From contig CAXXMD010000002.1 in assembly GCA_963675755.2 (NCBI GenBank), forward strand, positions 448,001 to 512,000: DNA of 64,000 nucleotides, written 5' to 3'. Shown piece after piece: positions 30,757 to 41,989 of the stretch. The DNA comes from a bacterium. Its GTDB lineage: Bacteria > Zhuqueibacterota > Zhuqueibacteria > Residuimicrobiales > Krinioviventaceae. The translations under genes were made by a program, and so were the position numbers. A model generated the notes under the pieces. It saw only the letters and a list, made by a program, of their open reading frames with translations, was not told the DNA's origin and ran no database searches. How positions within the stretch are numbered: position 1 is the first letter of the stretch; every line of letters starts with the position of its first letter.

Positions 30757-31014
30757 TTATACATTCTTGTTTTGAGAAATATAATTTCGAATAAATTCTC
30801 TACCTTTAGCAGATTTGAGTTGTTTTTCCCGAATCATAGCTTCTTTTTTAGTTTCAAATTCTTCCTTATAAACAAGTTTCCATGGACGGAATTTGATTGT
30901 CCAGCCTTTAGTTGCAAGAGTATTATGGGATAGTAATCTGCTCTCCAGATCAGAGGTATATTCAATATAAATTTTGTCATATCTTTCTGAAAATAAAACA
31001 TATGTCGTAAACAT
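30757..31014 (-). CDS. Small GIY-YIG nuclease, second copy (YIG>YIE variant)
   Basis: Near-identical to 30282..30539 (4 aa differences); true start ATG at 31014, not the track's 31122. Confidence 0.85.
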   Translation of the reverse strand: MFTTYVLFSERYDKIYIEYTSDLESRLLSHNTLATKGWTIKFRPWKLVYKEEFETKKEAMIREKQLKSAKGREFIRNYISQNKNV

Positions 31015-31298
31015 CGATACCCCAAAAACAAAAAAGGACCATCTATTGATGATCCTTTTTAAAAGTAGCGGGGGGCGGATTTGAACCGCCGTTCGCCAGC
31101 TGGCGAATATGAGCCCCTTCATTTTAGATCATTCTGAATATAAACAAAAAAAGGACCATCTATTGATGATCCTTTTAAAAGTAGCGGGGGGCGGATTTGA
31201 ACCGCAGTCCGCCATCTGGCGGATATGAGCCCCTTTAAATAAAGATCATATTGAATTTAAACAAAAAAAGGACCATCAAATGATGATCCTTTTAAAAG

Positions 31299-31372
<74 letters not shown>

Positions 31373-31384
31373 TCATAGTTAGAT

Positions 31385-31413
31385 AATATAGTAAATTAGA
31401 TTTTAAGAGTCAA
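31385..31413 (-). promoter_or_regulatory. Sigma70 promoter of tRNA-fMet
   Basis: Minus strand TTGACT-17 nt-TATATT, 12 nt upstream of the tRNA 5' end. Confidence 0.75.
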
Positions 31414-31427
31414 GGCATTTATTAAAT

Positions 31428-31458
31428 AAAAAAGCCCTGCATGTACTTACAGGGCTTT
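31428..31458 (-). terminator. Intrinsic terminator after Gfo/Idh/MocA gene
   Basis: AAAAAAGCCCTG...CAGGGCTTT. Confidence 0.75.
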
Positions 31459-31465
31459 AATTATA

Positions 31466-32791
31466 TTATTTTTTGTCAGATCCCGGAGTTGGCCATTTTT
31501 CCAACATACCTATATCACCCAGTTTATATTCTTTGGGTCCCAATGTGAGATCAGAATTCATTGCTTCTTCCCAGGTAACTATTTTACCAGTATAAGCTGA
31601 CATTCTTCCCATAATAGCACACATTGTAGATATTGCAGTCAATTCTGCTTCAACGAGTGGGGTGTTGTTGCGAATTGAAGTAACAAAATCAATATGTTCC
31701 TGAACATATGGAGATACAGCTACATTGTTTGTAGGTTCACCATTTTCATCTGTTGGATAACCATATTTCCATGCTTCTGTTCCATCAGGAGCCCAGATAG
31801 TATCTTTACAATTTGATGATCCCTTAGAACCCATAATAAATTCTGATACATTGTTTTCACATCCATTGATCTGTCGACACATACTGTGTACATGCATTCC
31901 GCTTTCATATACAAAGTCTACACTAAACATGTCATATTGATCACCAGTAACACGGCGATGACGAGCGCCAAAGCCTACAGCACTGACTGGTTTTTCACCT
32001 GTAAACCAGTTAATTACATCAATATTATGTACATGTTGTTCAACAATATGATCACCAGAGAGCCAGCACCAGTTTACCCAATCGCGAATATTGTGTTCCA
32101 TTTCTGTCCAGCCACTTTTACGCGTACGGTACCATAATTGTCCCTGGTTCCAGTAGCAGTTTGCAGAAACAATATCACCAATTGCTCCTTTTTTAATCAG
32201 ATCATAGGTTGTTACATAATTACGCTGGTGGTGTCTTTGCGTACCCGTTACAACACAAAGGCCAAGACTTTCTGCTTTTTTAGCATTACTCATGATTGAG
32301 CGTGCACCTGGAGGATCTACTGCAACAGGTTTTTCCATGAATACATGTTTTTTAGCATTTACTGCAGCAGCAAATTGTGCCGGGCGAAAGTGCGGGGGAG
32401 TAGCGATTAATACAATATCTACACCTGAATCAATTACTTTTTCATAAGCATCAAAACCAACAAAACATTTTTCATCTGCAACAACATTGTTTTTTTCTTT
32501 TGCCAATTTTTCCTTACAGGTTTGGAGTCTGTCGTTAAACACATCACCCAGTGCTACTATTTTCAAATTGGGTCCTGCACTTAGAAAATTCAATGCCGCA
32601 CCGGTACCTCGACCACCACATCCAATTAAACCAGCTTTTAATTCTTTCCCATCGGGTGCCTGATCAAGAAAAGTGGGAAGGTTGGAAGTGCTAATTTTGC
32701 CGCCACTATTGCATGCCATCATTACTGCACCGGCAGCTGCAACTGTACCAATAAAATTACGACGTGATACATTACTTTTTTCTTGTTGCAT
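31466..32791 (-). CDS. Tat-exported Gfo/Idh/MocA oxidoreductase (probable lipoprotein)
   Basis: SRRNFI Tat motif followed by MMAC; GLIGCGGRG; ATPPHF; EKPVA; EQHVHNID. Confidence 0.9.
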   Translation of the reverse strand: MQQEKSNVSRRNFIGTVAAAGAVMMACNSGGKISTSNLPTFLDQAPDGKELKAGLIGCGGRGTGAALNFLSAGPNLKIVALGDVFNDRLQTCKEKLAKEKNNVVADEKCFVGFDAYEKVIDSGVDIVLIATPPHFRPAQFAAAVNAKKHVFMEKPVAVDPPGARSIMSNAKKAESLGLCVVTGTQRHHQRNYVTTYDLIKKGAIGDIVSANCYWNQGQLWYRTRKSGWTEMEHNIRDWVNWCWLSGDHIVEQHVHNIDVINWFTGEKPVSAVGFGARHRRVTGDQYDMFSVDFVYESGMHVHSMCRQINGCENNVSEFIMGSKGSSNCKDTIWAPDGTEAWKYGYPTDENGEPTNNVAVSPYVQEHIDFVTSIRNNTPLVEAELTAISTMCAIMGRMSAYTGKIVTWEEAMNSDLTLGPKEYKLGDIGMLEKWPTPGSDKK

Positions 32792-32817
32792 AGTCCTACT
32801 CCTCCGAATTAATTATG

Positions 32818-34333
32818 TTATAAATTTTCATCATTTACTTCACAAACAACACGAAAACCCACATCATTAGAATCTGAATACCACCATTTGCTTTTTGGCA
32901 TTTGTGGGTCTGTTTTCATCCATTTATCATATTGTGTAAAATCTCTGTCAGCGCTTCGCAATTGTGATGCATCGCTTTTAAATGATCCACCACGAACTAC
33001 ATACTCTTTACCAGACTCTGGTCCAGTAGGAGTTGATACGTTACCTTGTTTTTTATAAGTAGAATAAATATTGGGTGTATAATAGTCGCTACAAAATTCT
33101 CTAACATTACCCAACATATGAACCAGGCCAAATGGATTATTGACAACGACATCTGGTGTTTGGGTCATTCCATTACTGTTTTCTTTATATACAACATATG
33201 TATTAATTTGCGTTGTGTCAATACCAAAGATTCTGTTCCAAAAATTTTCCCTGGAATATGATTTGGGATCACCTTCAAAAAAGTAGGGTGTTTCTGAAAA
33301 TCCTCTACATGCATACTCCCACTCGGCTTCTGTAGGAAGACGATAGGTTTTGCCGGTTACCTTAGATAGCCATTGACAATATACTTCGGCTGCGTAATGT
33401 GTCATGGTAATTGCAGGTCGTTTGCCTTTTCCAAAACCTTGATCAGGATTTCCATAAGGGGGAGTGGGACCCGTAATAGCATCAATGCCATCACTTGATG
33501 AATTTACTACTTGAATTTGTGTATCAGATCTTCCTTCTTTATTGGTTTGTGCATAGAATGCTTCATATTCATCCCAGCTCACTTCAGCTTTACCAATCCA
33601 GAATTTTTTCATCTGAATTTCTATCTGTGGACCTTCATCGTTTTCTCTGTAGGATTCGTCTTCGGGGCTGCCCATAAAGAAACTTCCTTCTGGAATTGCA
33701 ACCATTTCAAAGTCTACTGTTGTATTGGGAATGTGTTCAGTAAAGCTTCCAAATTCATATACATAGGTAGGTTCTGTATAAACTTGTTTTTTTTCAACTG
33801 CAGCTGTACCAAAAGTGATTTCCTGTTCCGCTTCTTCCGAGTAATGGCCTACGTGTAAATGACAATTAATACATTCCAATTCTTCAGGTTTCTGTGTGTA
33901 ATACAAGTGTGCATCTTCACCTTTTTTTGACAGTCCAATTGGAAATAAATTGGCATGACAAGATGTACACGACTCTTTAAAAGTAAAATTAACCGCATGT
34001 TCAAGACGCGATTTTTCATCCCAGTTGATTTTTTCTATATCCTTGAACAATTTGCCATAAACATCTTTAAAACCGGATTTTGCTTTTTCAGTATAATAAT
34101 ATGCATTACCTGTTGGGGGTAAATGGCATTCAACACAATGAACAACAATTCCGTATTTGTTATCGAAATGTGGGGATTGTTTCCAGGAGATTGTAGAATG
34201 GGGGGTGTACATGACAGCTTGCACAAAAGTCATCTGATGAAGTATATTTTATCATTATATTAAACATAATAGTAAGAGCAATACCTATAATTATACCAAT
34301 TGCCCATTTTTTGATAAATATAAATTTAAACAT
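32818..34333 (-). CDS. NapC/NirT tetraheme cytochrome c fused to a SUMF1/FGE-like domain; split by one extra base in G6 at 34200-34205
   Basis: N-terminal TM + TSSDDFCASCH, CVECH, CTSCH, CINCH; FFMGS, RLPTEAEWEYACR, NPFGL..MLGNV.E, RGGSF, GFRVV. Confidence 0.85.
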
Positions 34334-34609
34334 ATTATATAATGCTTTTACTGGTTTCCATAACAGTCGGAAGGATTTTTTTAACATTCTGATGATTCCT
34401 GTGTAGTGTTTGTAATCTTTTACAAGCATTTTTGTGGATTAGAGGATATTAATAAATATATTACTTTTCAAAATTTTATGCAAGGTAATTTCAGCGATTT
34501 ACCGTAAATATCTATTGTGATTTCATTTATTTAAAGCTATCTTTTTTCTTGATTTTAAACTATTTAGAACTTAATTTAACTAATCATTTACAATAATGAG
34601 GAAGTTATA

Positions 34610-35307
34610 ATGCAAAGCAGAGCCCGTATGCCACAAAAATCTTTAAAGAAACCCTCTAAAAAGTTTTCTTTGATTCCTTTTATAATATTATTTGTTGTGC
34701 TTTTGGTTATTATTTTGGTATACTGGCAATTTAAAACCCGAAATTCAAATTTAGATTCTTTTACAATTGCAGAACAAAACACCAATAATGTTACTTTTGA
34801 AGAACCGGAAAATCTGCAAGCAATACAGGATACCATAGTAGAAGAACCTACAGAAAGTCCTTTAATAACAGAAACAGAGCCGGAACCAGCGCAGCAAATT
34901 CAAGAGCAGCCGGTAATACAACAATCGAATGAATTTTCTGCCAATTTTTCAGATAAATATGATAGTGCTTTAAAATTATTTTATGCAGCCAAATACCAAC
35001 AAGCAATGGATATCTTTTTAGAGTTGCAATCGCAATATCCTGAACATTCATTTCAGGTGAATTGTCAGCATTGGATTGGTGAATGTTATTTTGGTTTGGA
35101 AGATTACACAGATGCCCTGGCTGCTTTTCAAAAGGTTTTAACTTTGGCAAAACATATAAAACCGATGACGCGTTGCTTATGATTGGACGCAGTTATCAAA
35201 AAATGGGTGATAAAATAAACGCACGTTTGTATTATAATCGTTTACTCAACGAATATCCCAATAGTGAGTATCTTGACAAAGCACAATGGCACATGTCCCG
35301 TCTTTAA
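34610..35307 (+). CDS. Membrane-anchored TPR protein (CpoB/YbgF-like C-terminus); frameshift near 35143-35152
   Basis: Single TM, acidic linker, YP.H....N..HWIGECYF; second frame continues KTDDALLMIG...LL.EYPNS. Confidence 0.7.
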
Positions 35308-37941
35308 CGGGCATCAAGGGCTTGTCTGATAATTTGTGCAATACTACTCATTGTTAGAGGTTTAAAAACAAATTCGGTAATTCCCAACTCTTTAGCTTTT
35401 TCCATTGTAATGTTTTCACTGTATCCCGTGCAGAGAATGACCGGAATTCCTGGTTTAATTTGACTTACTTCCTGTGCCAGTTTTACTCCATTCATCTTCG
35501 GCATTGTAAAATCTGTAAACACCAGATCATAACTTTCAGGATCGGATTTAAAAAATTCAAGAGCTTCCAGACTGTCAGTTGTTACAGTAGCATTGTAACC
35601 CAATTGTTCAAGAATTTGTTTATTCAACTCTACAATTTCAACTTCATCATCCACAAAAAGGATTCTTTCACTTCCAACAGGCAAATCTTTACTTTGTTCT
35701 TTAATTTCTTCTGCATCAATATGTACAGGAAAGTAGATGTTAAATGTTGTACCGTGTCCTGGTGAACTTTCTACATTGATTTCACCATCATGACTAATAA
35801 TAATACCATGCACAACAGACAGACCCAAACCTGTACCTTCTTCGTTCTTTGTCGTAAAGAATGGTTCAAAAATCCGATCAAGTGTAGAGGCTTCCATACC
35901 TTCACCGGTATCTTGTACAACGAGTTTAGCATAATGTCCTGAAGGTAATTTAAAATTGGGGGGAAGATTGGTCCATTTCAACCACATTCAATGAGATTAT
36001 TAGCGTACCTCCACTTTCGCGCATAGCATGAAAAGCATTTACACTCAGATTCATGATGACCTGATGAATTTGTGTGGGATCTGCTAATACCGGTTTACAG
36101 TTGCTATCTATTCTCTGATCAATTTCAATACTGCTGGGAATAGATGCACGTAAAAGTTTTAATACCTCTTTGATAATTGTTTGTATATAAATGGGACGTC
36201 TTTCTTGTTCAACTCTTCGGCTAAATGTTAAAATTTGATTTATCAAATCTTTTGCCCGGTATCCGGCTTTAATAATATGTTCAACATATTTTTTCAAGTT
36301 ACTGTCTTCTGGAACTCGTTCTACTAACAATTCAGAATAGCCTAAAATAGGTACAAGAATATTATTGAAGTCATGAGCAATACCACCTGCCAATGTACCT
36401 ATTGTTTCAAGTTTTTGTGTTTGCCGAAGTTGTTTTTCGAGTTTCTTTTCATCAGATACATCTCGTATTACATTTACAAAATGAAGGAGGTTTCCATTTT
36501 TATCAGTAATTGGTGAAAAAGTTGATTCTCCTTCAAAGAGTTCATTGTTCTTTTTCTTGTAATAAAGAATACCACTCCACTTGTTACCTTCTTTGATTGT
36601 AGTCCATATTTTATCAATTTTATTATTGTTTTCTTTAATACTAAGAAAATCAAAAGAAGAATTCCCTAATGCCAGTTTCTGTTCAAAACCAGTAATTTTT
36701 TCAAAAGCGGGATTAACATATTTTACAATATTATTTTGATCTGCAATCATTACAATTTCTATTGAATGATTGATTGCTTCTGCCAACAGTTCAAGTTCTG
36801 CTTCTGATTCTTTTTTCTTGGTAATATCAGTTATAAGAACCAGAACATTAGTTATTTTATCATCATCACTTTTGACAGGATAAATCCTTGTTTCAAACCA
36901 ATAAAGCATGTTTTGTATTTCTACTGGTGTTTCATGAAAAATTTCTTTTTTCGTATCAATAACTTGATTGATCATTTCAAGATATTCCAGCGCGATTTTT
37001 TCCGGAATGATGTCGAGAATTGATTTTCCAATGACATCATATTGATCCATTTGAATTTGCTTTGCTGCATTCTGATTTATTAAATTGATTGTACCATTGT
37101 AATCAATCATGCAAATGGGTTGACCGGAACCTTCGATTAATGTTCTGTATCGTTCTTCACTTATACGCAGAGCGTTTTCAATCTTTTTTTGTTCCGAAAT
37201 ATCGTTTGTTATGATTCCCATTCCATTAGAAACTTTGAATGCTTTTAACGATATGTATTGGTCTTCTAAATTGAGTCTTTTGAATTTGACTTCCGAGTGA
37301 TAAGGTTCACCGGTTTCTATTACTTTATTATATTGATCAAATCTACCAGATTCAATAACATTTTTAGAAATTTCAGTAATATGTTTACCAATTATATTTT
37401 TCATATCTGGGCTGTAAAATTTATGCGCAGTTTCATTACAGCTTTTCAGGTACATGTTGTTGTCAAAAAATGAAAATCCTGCTCCAGCAGAATCCATAAA
37501 ACCTTTGAATATTTCTTCAAATTCTTTCAGGTTTTTTTCGGCTTCAATTTTTTTCATCAATTCTGATTTTTCATTCAAGGCACGTAACACTACAGGAACA
37601 AGTCGAAATAACCGATCTTTTACAACATAATCCCATGCACCGGCTTTGATAGTTTCGGCGGCAGTTTCTTCGTCAATTGCGCCTGTTACGACTATGAATG
37701 GTGTGAGGGGGGCATATCTTTTTGCGATTTCCAGGGCTGCAAGACCACTAAATTGAGGAAGGTGATAATCCGCAAGAATAAGATCAGGTTTTTCATTGAC
37801 AAGTTTTTCAGTAAAAGAATCTTCAGTGTTTGATGTAAAAAACTCGCAAATCAGTTCAGAGTTTTTTAATTCATGTTTTGTTAATTCAATGTCATAAAGA
37901 TTATCTTCAAGAATTAAAATTCTCAAAGTTCCATTTTCCAT
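35304..37941 (-). CDS. Hybrid histidine kinase (REC-PAS x3-HisKA-HATPase-REC); split by one extra base in G6 at 35958-35963
   Basis: ILEDN/DYHLP REC; LAGGIAHDFNN H-box; QVIMNL..NA; second ORF supplies DTGEG, FEPFFTT, GTGLGL and C-terminal REC. Confidence 0.85.
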
Positions 37942-37999
37942 ACTCAATTGATTACCCCTTTACTGATTTTTATTATACTACTTGATTATTATTACTCAT

Positions 38000-39958
38000 T
38001 TATTCCAGAGTAAAATAAAATGTTGAACCAAAATCTTTTTTAGATTCAACCCAAATTTTTCCACCATGTCTGGTAATTATTCTTTTAACAATAGCTAGGC
38101 CTACTCCTGTTCCTGTAAATTCATCGTTTCTATGTAATCTTTTAAATACATCAAAAACATTATCAGCATAATTCATGTCAAAACCAACTCCATTATCCTT
38201 TACAAAAAATATACCATCATTTTCGATTATACCAATTTCTATCAAAGGATTTTCAGTTTTGCTTGAATATTTTATAGAGTTCTCCAAAAGATTCATATAT
38301 ATCTGTTTAACAAGTGATGCATCCGCTTTAATTGTTTTATTAAGAGCAGAATCAACATTGATTTTTAATTTTGATTTTTGAATATCCAAGTTTAATGTTT
38401 CAAAAACTTCATCTATTACTGTCTTTATGTTTACATTCTGTTTTTGTAAAGGTTTTCTATTTAATCTTGAAAAATTCAATAAATCATTAATTAATTCACC
38501 CATGTATTGTGAATTATCGTGAACAATGGACAAGTGTCTTTTTCCATCGTTAGATAGGTTTTCAAATTCATCTTCTAATAAAATCTTTGTAAATCCATTA
38601 ATTGATCGAAGTGGCGCTCTTAGATCATGTGAAATTGAATATGAAAATGCTTCAAGTTCCTGATTTGCAAATTCAAGTTGATCAGTGTATTTTTTGATTT
38701 TTTCTTCACTTTTAATCCGTTCAGTAATATCTCTATATACAACACCTGCCAGTATGATTTCATTATTGGCATTTAGAATCGGAAAAAAAATAGATTCTAA
38801 ATATTTTTCATTACCATTTATCAAAATTTTATTTATAACCTGCATTGATTCCGGATTAGAAAAAATATGAGTTATTCTTTGTGAAAATAATTTAGCCAGT
38901 TCAGGTAAATGATTGAGTACTGATTCTAATTTTAATTTCAGAAAATTATTTTTATCAATTTGGGTAAGTTTGATAAAAACCTTGTTTGCAAAAACAAATT
39001 CCTTGTCACGGTTCCATACTGCTATACTATCCAAAGTAGAGTTGAACAACGATCTAAATCTTTCTTCACTTTCTCTCAACTCTATTTCAATTTGTTTTCT
39101 TTCAGTGATTTCTTTTTCCAGAGCTTTATTTATTTTATCAAGCTGTTCAGTTCTTTTGATAACCCGTTGTTCAAGTTCCTGATTAAGTTTGAGTATCTCT
39201 TGTTCATTAATTTTTCTTTCAGATACATCCTGGAAAACCAGTTGGAATGCTGGTTTTCCTTTATATTCTATATAATTTTGTTTTGCTTCAACATATATTA
39301 TTGAATTGTCTTTTTTGATTAATTTAAATTCGTTGATTTCAATGCTGTTATTAGGATTTAAAAAAGTCTCTAAACAGTCTTGATGTATTATGGATTCTAT
39401 AGAATTGCCTATAAAATCTTTGGCAAATGAACCCGCTAAAGCATTAATGGCTGCCAGGTTTAAAAATAGTATTTTTTCCTTGTCATATACTAGAATAGGA
39501 ATGGGAGAGAGTTGAAATAATGACCGGTAACGAATTTCACTTTCCTGTACTGCGTCTTCTGCTTGTGATTTTGCAACATCATGAATTTCTATTTGTTCCA
39601 GGAATTGATTAAATCCCTGGTAAAGTTCGTTTACATTATGATTTAATTGGGGATCCAAACGGATTTGATAGTTTCTTGTTTTTGATATTTCTGATGTTAT
39701 ATTTGCAAGATTTTTGATAGGGGTAAATACATTTTTGTCAAGATATATAAGTAAAAACAGAGATATAAATACAATTAAAAAATCCATTCCCCCAATTAAA
39801 TATAGTATATTTAATTTTACATGGTTGGCAGTTTGAATATAATCTTGAAATGTAGGATTTTTTTGGAATAAAAAGAGTAGAAATGCGGAAATAATACCTG
39901 CCAGTATAATACTTGCAAGCAAGAGTGTTAACAATTTTTTTAATAGTTGTTCTTTCAA
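38000..39958 (-). CDS. Membrane PAS-domain sensor histidine kinase
   Basis: Two TMs, HAMP-like region, PAS x2, FSYSISHDLRAPLR, KDNGVGF, GTGVGL. Confidence 0.9.
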   Translation of the reverse strand: MKEQLLKKLLTLLLASIILAGIISAFLLFLFQKNPTFQDYIQTANHVKLNILYLIGGMDFLIVFISLFLLIYLDKNVFTPIKNLANITSEISKTRNYQIRLDPQLNHNVNELYQGFNQFLEQIEIHDVAKSQAEDAVQESEIRYRSLFQLSPIPILVYDKEKILFLNLAAINALAGSFAKDFIGNSIESIIHQDCLETFLNPNNSIEINEFKLIKKDNSIIYVEAKQNYIEYKGKPAFQLVFQDVSERKINEQEILKLNQELEQRVIKRTEQLDKINKALEKEITERKQIEIELRESEERFRSLFNSTLDSIAVWNRDKEFVFANKVFIKLTQIDKNNFLKLKLESVLNHLPELAKLFSQRITHIFSNPESMQVINKILINGNEKYLESIFFPILNANNEIILAGVVYRDITERIKSEEKIKKYTDQLEFANQELEAFSYSISHDLRAPLRSINGFTKILLEDEFENLSNDGKRHLSIVHDNSQYMGELINDLLNFSRLNRKPLQKQNVNIKTVIDEVFETLNLDIQKSKLKINVDSALNKTIKADASLVKQIYMNLLENSIKYSSKTENPLIEIGIIENDGIFFVKDNGVGFDMNYADNVFDVFKRLHRNDEFTGTGVGLAIVKRIITRHGGKIWVESKKDFGSTFYFTLE

Positions 39959-40286
39959 ATAATTTTTCCAAAAGTTAGTGTTTTATAGAAAATCAAAAGA
40001 GTCAGGTTTGAATAACTAATGTTTTGGAAAAGTATCAGCTGTAGTACAAATATATATAATTACTTAAATCCTTGGCTTTATATAATTTAGATAATAATTA
40101 TTACAAATCAAGAGAAAAAATAACTTTAATCCTTCTATTGATAATTTTCTATATGATTTACAAAAAAATTGTCACTTGATTAATACTGATTTTTTATTTA
40201 CTTTAATATTTAATTTTGTGTTGAGATTTTCTATTACTTTTATCTTAATATGTTTCTCAACTTGATAACACAAAAAGGAGTGTTGG

Positions 40287-41924
40287 ATGAGTTTTGCATG
40301 GCCTGATTATCTAGTTTTTTTAAGCTATATAATCATCATTGTGAGTCTTGGTCTTTGGGTTTCCAGAAGTAAAAAAGGTCACCAAAAGAATGCACAGGAT
40401 TATTTTCTAGCTAGTAAATCTCTGCCCTGGTGGGCTATTGGAGCATCTCTGATTGCAGCAAATATTTCTGCTGAACAGTTTATTGGGATGTCTGGTTCTG
40501 GTTTTGCAATAGGTTTAGCAATTGCTACTTATGAATGGATGGCTGCTCTTACTTTGATTATTGTCGGCAAATTCTTTTTACCCATTTTCATTGAAAAGAA
40601 ATTATATACCATTCCAGAATTTATAGAACATCGCTTCAATACAACTTTAAAATCTATTCTTGCTGTTTTTTGGATAGCGTTGTTTGTGTTTGTTAATTTA
40701 ACTTCTGTATTGTTTTTAGGTGGTAAAGCTCTTGATACTATAATTGGTACGGGCGATGGAAGTCTTATTGTTTATGCTATTTTAGTATTAGCTTTTATTG
40801 CAGCGGCCTATTCTTTGTATGGAGGTTTATCAGCAGTTGCATGGACCGATGTTTTACAGGTAGCATTACTGGTTGTTGGTGGTTTAATTACTACTGTTAT
40901 TGCTTTAAATCATTTAACTCCCGATGGTGGTATAGCTGCTGGCATATCACATCTTGCTAGTACAGCAGGACCTAAATTTCATATGATTCTAAGCCGTACT
41001 AATTCAGAATATTTTAACTTGCCTGGAATTGGTGTTTTGATAGGTGGTATGTGGGTTGCCAATTTGTATTACTGGGGCTTTAACCAGTATATTATTCAAC
41101 GCGCATTGGCTGCTAAATCTCTGGGTGAGGCTCAACGCGGATTAGCTTTTGCAGCTTTTCTAAAATTAATTATTCCTTTGATTGTTGTTATTCCTGGTAT
41201 TATTGCATGGGTACTGTTTACCCAACCTGAAGGTACTGCAATGATAGCAGGTGTACAGGATGCCTTTTTAAAAACTAATGGCGATGTGAATTTTGACAAA
41301 GCATATCCCTGGTTGATTAGTGTGTTTATTCCAACTGGTTTAAAGGGATTGGTAGTTGCCGCTTTAACTGCAGCTATTGTATCGTCTCTTGCATCCATGC
41401 TGAATTCTACTTCTACCATTTTTACAATGGACATTTACAAACCTTATATGAAACCTAATGCCACCGATAAACAAATCGTTACGGTAGGTCGTCTTAGTGC
41501 AGCTATTGCTCTGGTTATTGCTGTTACATTAGCTCCTATTATGAAAAATATTCCACAGATGTTTCAATACATTCAGGAATATACTGGTCTTGTAAGTCCT
41601 GGTATTTTGGGTGTATTTTTGATGGGTCTGTTCTGGAAAAAAACCACTACACGTGCAGCAATTACAGGTGTTTTGGCTTCAATTATAATAGCTTTATTGT
41701 TAAAAGCCTCATTTATTGAACTTCCTTTTATGGATCAGATGTTTTATACCTTGATTCTGACAATTGTTATTATTGTTGGCGTTTCATTAACTACATCCGA
41801 AAAAGATGATGATGATAAAGCAATTATTTTAACATCCAAAGTTTTTAAAACAGATACAGTTTTTAATATTTCTTCTTATGCTATATTGATTATTCTTGTT
41901 GTATTATATACAGTCTTTTGGTAA
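40287..41924 (+). CDS. Sodium/sugar (galactose/glucose) symporter, SSS family
   Basis: ASLIAANISAEQFIGMSGSG, ATYEW, YWGFNQYIIQRALAA (vSGLT-like); adjacent to galK. Confidence 0.9.
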   Translation: MSFAWPDYLVFLSYIIIIVSLGLWVSRSKKGHQKNAQDYFLASKSLPWWAIGASLIAANISAEQFIGMSGSGFAIGLAIATYEWMAALTLIIVGKFFLPIFIEKKLYTIPEFIEHRFNTTLKSILAVFWIALFVFVNLTSVLFLGGKALDTIIGTGDGSLIVYAILVLAFIAAAYSLYGGLSAVAWTDVLQVALLVVGGLITTVIALNHLTPDGGIAAGISHLASTAGPKFHMILSRTNSEYFNLPGIGVLIGGMWVANLYYWGFNQYIIQRALAAKSLGEAQRGLAFAAFLKLIIPLIVVIPGIIAWVLFTQPEGTAMIAGVQDAFLKTNGDVNFDKAYPWLISVFIPTGLKGLVVAALTAAIVSSLASMLNSTSTIFTMDIYKPYMKPNATDKQIVTVGRLSAAIALVIAVTLAPIMKNIPQMFQYIQEYTGLVSPGILGVFLMGLFWKKTTTRAAITGVLASIIIALLLKASFIELPFMDQMFYTLILTIVIIVGVSLTTSEKDDDDKAIILTSKVFKTDTVFNISSYAILIILVVLYTVFW

Positions 41925-41930
41925 TTTTTA

Positions 41931-41965
41931 ACCCGGTGTTATAAACCTAGTTAATAACACCGGGT
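41931..41965. other. Intergenic stem-loop between symporter and galK
   Basis: ACCCGGTGTTAT...ATAACACCGGGT 12-bp inverted repeat. Confidence 0.55.
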
Positions 41966-41989
41966 AGTTTTATAGAATATTGAGGTATA

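Larger units (their letters stand above)
30190..31297 (-). repeat. Tandem array of five tRNA-Met-derived repeats plus terminator hairpins (units of ~117 and ~358 bp; ~475-bp higher-order period)
   Basis: GTAGCGGGGGGCGGATTTGAACCGC on + strand at 30231, 30589, 30706, 31065, 31181 (and 31298 in the true tRNA), each preceded by an AAAAAGG(A/T)CCATC-N4-GATGATCCTTTT hairpin. Confidence 0.95.

Noticed and set aside
30359-31122. ORFs 30359..30646 and 30834..31031, and the N-terminal extension 31015..31122
   Set aside because: They read through the tRNA-like repeat and terminator or are off-frame shadows of the GIY-YIG genes.
30231-31233. Five additional functional tRNA-Met genes
   Set aside because: The copies lack the 5' acceptor strand and D-arm and have a disrupted anticodon stem, so they cannot form a cloverleaf.
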